A stretch of 15,028 nucleotides of DNA, from assembly GCA_000004985.1 (NCBI GenBank), contig GG738983.1; one strand, given 5' to 3'. Below the pieces are notes generated by a model. That model saw nothing but the letters and a program-made list of their open reading frames with translations. It was not told where the DNA came from and ran no database searches. Made by a program: the position numbers and the translations under genes. Shown here piece by piece: positions 8,001-15,028 of this stretch; the stretch's first letter is position 1; every line of letters begins with the position of its first letter. This stretch comes from Naegleria gruberi. Taxonomy: Eukaryota.

Positions 8001-11000
8001 NNNNNNNNNNNNNNNNNNNNNNNNNNNNNNNNNNNNNNNNNNNNNNNNNNNNNNNNNNNNNNNNNNNNNNNNNNNNNNNNNNNNNNNNNNNNNNNNNNNN
8101 NNNNNNNNNNNNNNNNNNNNNNNNNNNNNNNNNNNNNNNNNNNNNNNNNNNNNNNNNNNNNNNNNNNNNNNNNNNNNNNNNNNNNNNNNNNNNNNNNNNN
8201 NNNNNNNNNNNNNNNNNNNNNNNNNNNNNNNNNNNNNNNNNNNNNNNNNNNNNNNNNNNNNNNNNNNNNNNNNNNNNNNNNNNNNNNNNNNNNNNNNNNN
8301 NNNNNNNNNNNNNNNNNNNNNNNNNNNNNNNNNNNNNNNNNNNNNNNNNNNNNNNNNNNNNNNNNNNNNNNNNNNNNNNNNNNNNNNNNNNNNNNNNNNN
8401 NNNNNNNNNNNNNNNNNNNNNNNNNNNNNNNNNNNNNNNNNNNNNNNNNNNNNNNNNNNNNNNNNNNNNNNNNNNNNNNNNNNNNNNNNNNNNNNNNNNN
8501 NNNNNNNNNNNNNNNNNNNNNNNNNNNNNNNNNNNNNNNNNNNNNNNNNNNNNNNNNNNNNNNNNNNNNNNNNNNNNNNNNNNNNNNNNNNNNNNNNNNN
8601 NNNNNNNNNNNNNNNNNNNNNNNNNNNNNNNNNNNNNNNNNNNNNNNNNNNNNNNNNNNNNNNNNNNNNNNNNNNNNNNNNNNNNNNNNNNNNNNNNNNN
8701 NNNNNNNNNNNNNNNNNNNNNNNNNNNNNNNNNNNNNNNNNNNNNNNNNNNNNNNNNNNNNNNNNNNNNNNNNNNNNNNNNNNNNNNNNNNNNNNNNNNN
8801 NNNNNNNNNNNNNNNNNNNNNNNNNNNNNNNNNNNNNNNNNNNNNNNNNNNNNNNNNNNNNNNNNNNNNNNNNNNNNNNNNNNNNNNNNNNNNNNNNNNN
8901 NNNNNNNNNNNNNNNNNNNNNNNNNNNNNNNNNNNNNNNNNNNNNNNNNNNNNNNNNNNNNNNNNNNNNNNNNNNNNNNNNNNNNNNNNNNNNNNNNNNN
9001 NNNNNNNNNNNNNNNNNNNNNNNNNNNNNNNNNNNNNNNNNNNNNNNNNNNNNNNNNNNNNNNNNNNNNNNNNNNNNNNNNNNNNNNNNNNNNNNNNNNN
9101 NNNNNNNNNNNNNNNNNNNNNNNNNNNNNNNNNNNNNNNNNNNNNNNNNNNNNNNNNNNNNNNNNNNNNNNNNNNNNNNNNNNNNNNNNNNNNNNNNNNN
9201 NNNNNNNNNNNNNNNNNNNNNNNNNNNNNNNNNNNNNNNNNNNNNNNNNNNNNNNNNNNNNNNNNNNNNNNNNNNNNNNNNNNNNNNNNNNNNNNNNNNN
9301 NNNNNNNNNNNNNNNNNNNNNNNNNNNNNNNNNNNNNNNNNNNNNNNNNNNNNNNNNNNNNNNNNNNNNNNNNNNNNNNNNNNNNNNNNNNNNNNNNNNN
9401 NNNNNNNNNNNNNNNNNNNNNNNNNNNNNNNNNNNNNNNNNNNNNNNNNNNNNNNNNNNNNNNNNNNNNNNNNNNNNNNNNNNNNNNNNNNNNNNNNNNN
9501 NNNNNNNNNNNNNNNNNNNNNNNNNNNNNNNNNNNNNNNNNNNNNNNNNNNNNNNNNNNNNNNNNNNNNNNNNNNNNNNNNNNNNNNNNNNNNNNNNNNN
9601 NNNNNNNNNNNNNNNNNNNNNNNNNNNNNNNNNNNNNNNNNNNNNNNNNNNNNNNNNNNNNNNNNNNNNNNNNNNNNNNNNNNNNNNNNNNNNNNNNNNN
9701 NNNNNNNNNNNNNNNNNNNNNNNNNNNNNNNNNNNNNNNNNNNNNNNNNNNNNNNNNNNNNNNNNNNNNNNNNNNNNNNNNNNNNNNNNNNNNNNNNNNN
9801 NNNNNNNNNNNNNNNNNNNNNNNNNNNNNNNNNNNNNNNNNNNNNNNNNNNNNNNNNNNNNNNNNNNNNNNNNNNNNNNNNNNNNNNNNNNNNNNNNNNN
9901 NNNNNNNNNNNNNNNNNNNNNNNNNNNNNNNNNNNNNNNNNNNNNNNNNNNNNNNNNNNNNNNNNNNNNNNNNNNNNNNNNNNNNNNNNNNNNNNNNNNN
10001 NNNNNNNNNNNNNNNNNNNNNNNNNNNNNNNNNNNNNNNNNNNNNNNNNNNNNNNNNNNNNNNNNNNNNNNNNNNNNNNNNNNNNNNNNNNNNNNNNNNN
10101 NNNNNNNNNNNNNNNNNNNNNNNNNNNNNNNNNNNNNNNNNNNNNNNNNNNNNNNNNNNNNNNNNNNNNNNNNNNNNNNNNNNNNNNNNNNNNNNNNNNN
10201 NNNNNNNNNNNNNNNNNNNNNNNNNNNNNNNNNNNNNNNNNNNNNNNNNNNNNNNNNNNNNNNNNNNNNNNNNNNNNNNNNNNNNNNNNNNNNNNNNNNN
10301 NNNNNNNNNNNNNNNNNNNNNNNNNNNNNNNNNNNNNNNNNNNNNNNNNNNNNNNNNNNNNNNNNNNNNNNNNNNNNNNNNNNNNNNNNNNNNNNNNNNN
10401 NNNNNNNNNNNNNNNNNNNNNNNNNNNNNNNNNNNNNNNNNNNNNNNNNNNNNNNNNNNNNNNNNNNNNNNNNNNNNNNNNNNNNNNNNNNNNNNNNNNN
10501 NNNNNNNNNNNNNNNNNNNNNNNNNNNNNNNNNNNNNNNNNNNNNNNNNNNNNNNNNNNNNNNNNNNNNNNNNNNNNNNNNNNNNNNNNNNNNNNNNNNN
10601 NNNNNNNNNNNNNNNNNNNNNNNNNNNNNNNNNNNNNNNNNNNNNNNNNNNNNNNNNNNNNNNNNNNNNNNNNNNNNNNNNNNNNNNNNNNNNNNNNNNN
10701 NNNNNNNNNNNNNNNNNNNNNNNNNNNNNNNNNNNNNNNNNNNNNNNNNNNNNNNNNNNNNNNNNNNNNNNNNNNNNNNNNNNNNNNNNNNNNNNNNNNN
10801 NNNNNNNNNNNNNNNNNNNNNNNNNNNNNNNNNNNNNNNNNNNNNNNNNNNNNNNNNNNNNNNNNNNNNNNNNNNNNNNNNNNNNNNNNNNNNNNNNNNN
10901 NNNNNNNNNNNNNNNNNNNNNNNNNNNNNNNNNNNNNNNNNNNNNNNNNNNNNNNNNNNNNNNNNNNNNNNNNNNNNNNNNNNNNNNNNNNNNNNNNNNN

Positions 11001-12527
11001 NNNNNNNNNNNNNNNNNNNNNNNNNNNNNNNNNNNNNNNNNNNNNNNNNNNNNNNNNNNNNNNNNNNNNNNNNNNNNNNNNNNNNNNNNNNNNNNNNNNN
11101 NNNNNNNNNNNNNNNNNNNNNNNNNNNNNNNNNNNNNNNNNNNNNNNNNNNNNNNNNNNNNNNNNNNNNNNNNNNNNNNNNNNNNNNNNNNNNNNNNNNN
11201 NNNNNNNNNNNNNNNNNNNNNNNNNNNNNNNNNNNNNNNNNNNNNNNNNNNNNNNNNNNNNNNNNNNNNNNNNNNNNNNNNNNNNNNNNNNNNNNNNNNN
11301 NNNNNNNNNNNNNNNNNNNNNNNNNNNNNNNNNNNNNNNNNNNNNNNNNNNNNNNNNNNNNNNNNNNNNNNNNNNNNNNNNNNNNNNNNNNNNNNNNNNN
11401 NNNNNNNNNNNNNNNNNNNNNNNNNNNNNNNNNNNNNNNNNNNNNNNNNNNNNNNNNNNNNNNNNNNNNNNNNNNNNNNNNNNNNNNNNNNNNNNNNNNN
11501 NNNNNNNNNNNNNNNNNNNNNNNNNNNNNNNNNNNNNNNNNNNNNNNNNNNNNNNNNNNNNNNNNNNNNNNNNNNNNNNNNNNNNNNNNNNNNNNNNNNN
11601 NNNNNNNNNNNNNNNNNNNNNNNNNNNNNNNNNNNNNNNNNNNNNNNNNNNNNNNNNNNNNNNNNNNNNNNNNNNNNNNNNNNNNNNNNNNNNNNNNNNN
11701 NNNNNNNNNNNNNNNNNNNNNNNNNNNNNNNNNNNNNNNNNNNNNNNNNNNNNNNNNNNNNNNNNNNNNNNNNNNNNNNNNNNNNNNNNNNNNNNNNNNN
11801 NNNNNNNNNNNNNNNNNNNNNNNNNNNNNNNNNNNNNNNNNNNNNNNNNNNNNNNNNNNNNNNNNNNNNNNNNNNNNNNNNNNNNNNNNNNNNNNNNNNN
11901 NNNNNNNNNNNNNNNNNNNNNNNNNNNNNNNNNNNNNNNNNNNNNNNNNNNNNNNNNNNNNNNNNNNNNNNNNNNNNNNNNNNNNNNNNNNNNNNNNNNN
12001 NNNNNNNNNNNNNNNNNNNNNNNNNNNNNNNNNNNNNNNNNNNNNNNNNNNNNNNNNNNNNNNNNNNNNNNNNNNNNNNNNNNNNNNNNNNNNNNNNNNN
12101 NNNNNNNNNNNNNNNNNNNNNNNNNNNNNNNNNNNNNNNNNNNNNNNNNNNNNNNNNNNNNNNNNNNNNNNNNNNNNNNNNNNNNNNNNNNNNNNNNNNN
12201 NNNNNNNNNNNNNNNNNNNNNNNNNNNNNNNNNNNNNNNNNNNNNNNNNNNNNNNNNNNNNNNNNNNNNNNNNNNNNNNNNNNNNNNNNNNNNNNNNNNN
12301 NNNNNNNNNNNNNNNNNNNNNNNNNNNNNNNNNNNNNNNNNNNNNNNNNNNNNNNNNNNNNNNNNNNNNNNNNNNNNNNNNNNNNNNNNNNNNNNNNNNN
12401 NNNNNNNNNNNNNNNNNNNNNNNNNNNNNNNNNNNNNNNNNNNNNNNNNNNNNNNNNNNNNNNNNNNNNNNNNNNNNNNNNNNNNNNNNNNNNNNNNNNN
12501 NNNNNNNNNNNNNNNNNNNNNNNNNNN
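8001..12527. other. Assembly gap (run of 4527 N). It swallows the 3' end of the minus-strand Cys-rich gene and lies just downstream of the DUF4116-like gene stop.
   Basis: Uninterrupted n characters. ORF-track entries 7916..12532, 7991..12547 and the 7846..12527 portion of 7846..15021 are artifacts. Confidence 0.99.
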
Positions 12528-15028
12528 TGTAATTGTAATTTTGACAATAATTATTATTAGAAATTAAACTAATGTAAATTGGAACTGTCAAGGTAAGAAC
12601 AACTCCAGAAGAATCTAATTGTTGAGTGACTCTTGAATCAGAAATCAAATCAGAAATAGAAGTAGAAATAGAATATTGAGTTTCACATGTCAATTGACTT
12701 GTAGAATTTGTGACAAGATCAGTAACATTTCTTTCACAAGTAGAAATTTCAGAGAATGATAATCTTGTCATGTTTGTAGATCTTGAAAGAATATTAGAAA
12801 CTGAAATGGTATACATAATCTTTGAAGATCCTAAATTTGTAACTGAAACCTTTGGCGGAGAATTAATAAACGAAAGACAATTCTCCGTCTGAATTTCACA
12901 CATTGAACCACTTGAATATGGAGGACATGTGAGACAAGATGTGGAATTGATACAACTTTCACATGTAGATGGACAAGTATTACTACAATCTGAACCATAT
13001 AATCCATTAAAACATTTAGAACATTGATTTGGAGATGAACATGTAATGCAATTCTCATTACAAACTGGAATTTGACATGTTGGACCTGTCCATCCAGATC
13101 TACATGTTGAACATGATACCTCTGATGAACATGATTTGCAATTAGATGGGCATGTTATATTACAATAACTTCCATAATATCCTTCATTACATTCTAAACA
13201 ATCACCTGTACTTGTTGAACAGGTTGCACAATTGGAAACTTTACAAACTTTCTCATTACAATATTGACCTTTCAAACCATCTAAACACTTATTACATGTT
13301 TCACTTGATGAACATACTTCACAATTAACTAAACATTTGAGTCTACATAATTTAGAAGTATCATAAAATCCACTCTTACATGATTGACAATTAGATGCAG
13401 ATGGAAGACAATTAGAAACTGAACTAATCTCACAATTAGTACCATTATATCCATTTGGACATGAACAATTATTAGGTGAGAGACATGAACCAATACCAGA
13501 ACATACACTAGCAACATCAGCTCTCTTTCCACCACAAATTGGAACTTCACAATTAATTCCTGCATAACCTGTTTTACAATAACACATATCCATCTCTTCA
13601 CAAATTCCATTTCCACTACATACATTAGGATCTGAATCAAATAATCCATTACACATGGTTGGTGAATAAATAATATTTCCAATAACTTGCTTTCCACCAC
13701 CACCTCCCCATATCGTACCTGTAGTAGGTGAATTTGTTCCTGGATATGGAAATTTATAGAAATCTCCTAGAATGTAATTATTACCATTATATGCTGTGAA
13801 CAAAAGAGAGTTATAATTTTGTATGAATGTTATTCTAGTGATTCTCTCAGATGTTCCAATAAATGATGTAGATAAGAGTGTTGGATAGGAAACTCTTGGT
13901 AGTAATGACCCCCAGTAACCTGTGTAAAATATTTTTCCACTCTCCATTAGATACAATACGAAATATTGTGCAAAAGTAATGGACAAGAGAATTTCACTTC
14001 CAAAAGTAGTAATATCTAATTCCAGTGGTGAATATTGGCAAAGGCCAGTATTTGTACCGTAGTAACTATCAGAAATTGGACCCCAACCATATAATCTTCT
14101 TGATTCTCTACTGTAAGCGAAACATAAATATCGAGAATGGCAAGAAAGGTATGAAATTTTGTGTGGAATAGCTAATTTTGTAAAGTTGGTTTTGTAAACT
14201 CCAAAAAATCCACTTGGACAACATCCAGCAACAGATAATTCACCAAAAGATCTAACATTTCCTTCTTTAGTCAAAAAAAAGGAAAAGTAATTATTTGTAT
14301 AAACATCAATAAATGTCTCATTAATACCAGTATTGTATATCATTGTTGGAGAAATAGGGAATGAAACATAAGGACTTTGTGGAGTAATTATTAAAATACC
14401 TGGAACAGATGTTGTTGCCATGAATAATGTAGAGGAACTAGATAGACTTGTAAAAGGTGCAAATGTAGCATTATTGAAAAGTAATGTACTACTTGCAGCT
14501 GCAGACTGTGTTGGAAGCGTAAAGCCGAATATAACATCTCTTCTATTTCCAATGCTGAAAAAGCCATTTGATTCAAAATATCTAATACGATATGGTAAGA
14601 CTCCATCAATTCCAGCGGTAGTTGTAATTGTAGATCTAAAATAATTTGGACCAGTTGAGCAAGTTTGTCCAGTAAAACCAGCATCACATTTTGTGCAAGT
14701 CTTATCATCTGAACAAGTCAAACAATTAGGAATGCATGTAAAAGAACAAGTAGCACCAAATGTTCTTGGTAAACATGATGAACACAAATATGGTGTTGAA
14801 CATTTAAGGCAATTTTCTGGACAAATAACTGAGGAACAATTAACGCCTCCATAACCAGAGTTACAAACACAAACACCGTCAATACATTGACCATTCGCAC
14901 AATTGGTACATTTAGGTGCACATGTTGGTGGTGGAGAGGATGTTATAGAATTCTTACATGTCAAACAACTTGTTGCACTCTTACATGTTAAACAATTAGG
15001 ATTACAATAGAATTGACACAATGGACCG
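12528..15028 (-). CDS. Large cysteine-rich secreted/surface protein, partial at both ends (5' end beyond window position 15028, 3' end in gap 2). Contains tenascin/EGF-like and furin-like Cys repeats, a central RCC1-like beta-propeller-like domain, a second EGF-like repeat array, an S/T-rich stalk and a hydrophobic segment.
   Basis: Continuous minus-strand ORF from 15021 down to the gap edge (about 830 codons) with standard-code Gln codons throughout. It opens with repeats such as CNPNCLTCKSATSCLTCKNS and CPENCLKCSTPYLCSSCLPRTFGATCSFTCIPNCLTCSDDKTCTKCDAGFTGQTC, and later CPSNCKSCSSEVSCSTCRSGWTGPTCQIPVCNENCITCSSPNQCSKCFNGLYGSDC (period about 31-32 aa). N-x-S/T sequons are frequent (NATF, NFTK, NETF, NITC, NGTN, NSTS, NMTR, NVTD). 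Confidence 0.85.
12562..12603 (-). other. Hydrophobic segment VVLTLTVPIYISLI (candidate transmembrane helix) immediately before the gap edge
   Basis: 14 mostly aliphatic residues following the S/T-rich stalk and followed by SNNNYCQNYNY. The usual basic stop-transfer residues are not visible because the sequence enters the gap. Confidence 0.35.
12604..12894 (-). other. Ser/Thr-rich, N-glycosylation-sequon-dense stalk-like region
   Basis: LSFINSPPKVSVTNLGSSKIMYTISVSNILSRSTNMTRLSFSEISTCERNVTDLVTNSTSQLTCETQYSISTSISDLISDSRVTQQLDSSG. It is low in Cys, and S+T exceed 35% by eye. Confidence 0.55.
12895..13656 (-). repeat. Second EGF/tenascin-like repeat array (about 8 units of 31-32 aa)
   Basis: Runs from MCNGLFDSDPNVCSGNGICEEMDMCYCKTGYAGINCEVPICGG through CPSTCESCINSTSCLTCPPYSSGSMCEIQTENC with regular 6-8 Cys per unit and G-x-x-G-x-x-C endings. 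Confidence 0.75.
13657..14646 (-). other. Central Cys-poor domain of about 330 aa with RCC1-like repeat signatures (putative beta-propeller), ending in a GGGGG linker (13695-13709)
   Basis: Motifs RRLYGWGPISDSYYGTNTGLCQYSPLEL, AQYFVLYLMESGKIFYTGYWGSLLP and NYFSFFLTKEGNVRSFGELSVAGC match the RCC1/BLIP-II blade pattern (hs-ala-Lt-dG-kvYtWG-n-GqLG...P). Inference from motif memory only. Confidence 0.4.
14647..15028 (-). repeat. N-terminal (in this window) tenascin/EGF-like cysteine-rich repeat block of the Cys-rich protein
   Basis: C-x2-C-x(4-6)-C-x2-C-x(5-8)-G-x2-C spacing repeated at least 4 times, ending ...CTKCDAGFTGQTCSTGP. Confidence 0.7.

Noticed and set aside
7916-12547. ORF-track entries 7916..12532 (+) and 7991..12547 (-) of about 1500 aa
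   Set aside because: Same artifact across gap 2.
12895-13656. Shared origin of the 31-aa DUF4116-like repeat and the 31-32-aa EGF-like repeat period
   Set aside because: The period coincides, but there is no sequence similarity. One is Cys-free and helical, the other Cys-framed.
12710-14921. Seven short ORFs inside the Cys-rich gene, three on the plus strand (12710..12892, 13146..13328, 14420..14644) and four in other minus-strand frames (12831..13058, 13329..13703, 14391..14708, 14718..14921), 60-124 aa each
   Set aside because: These are alternative or antisense frames of tgt/aca-rich coding sequence, giving H/V/L/N-rich low-complexity peptides. The in-frame 830-codon ORF explains the region.

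Overview
This window reads as an AT-rich eukaryotic scaffold rather than a prokaryotic one. The codon usage (aat/aaa/tta/ggt/tgt/caa), the poly-Asn tracts and the A-run before an ATG resemble a dictyostelid-like amoebozoan genome, but that is only inference. Two N-runs (1151-6124 and 8001-12527) are assembly gaps, so only about 5.5 kb is real sequence. Four protein-coding genes are supported. First, a minus-strand xanthine dehydrogenase/aldehyde oxidase-family gene whose N-terminus lies at 1-628. It has two [2Fe-2S] domains and a single in-frame TAA at 209-211. Second, the C-terminal lobe of a protein kinase on the plus strand (6125-6468), emerging from gap 1 with a 1-nt frame disruption in an A6 run. 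Third, a plus-strand protein built from about 8 tandem 93-bp (31-aa) DUF4116-like repeats (6913-7980). It needs a tiny spliced 5' exon and carries two compensating indels in a duplicated repeat unit. Fourth, a large minus-strand cysteine-rich surface protein (12528-15028, partial at both ends). It consists of tenascin/EGF-like repeats, an RCC1-like beta-propeller-like insert, a second EGF-like array, an S/T-rich N-glycosylated stalk and a hydrophobic segment at the gap edge. No RNA genes, CRISPR arrays or clear mobile elements are supported. A GC-enriched island just upstream of the xdh start (640-900) and a moderately GC, ORF-poor stretch (6469-6900) remain unexplained. Several ORF-track entries begin at TTG/GTG (e.g. 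632, 6259, 6998, 7447), and every ORF that spans the N runs is an artifact.
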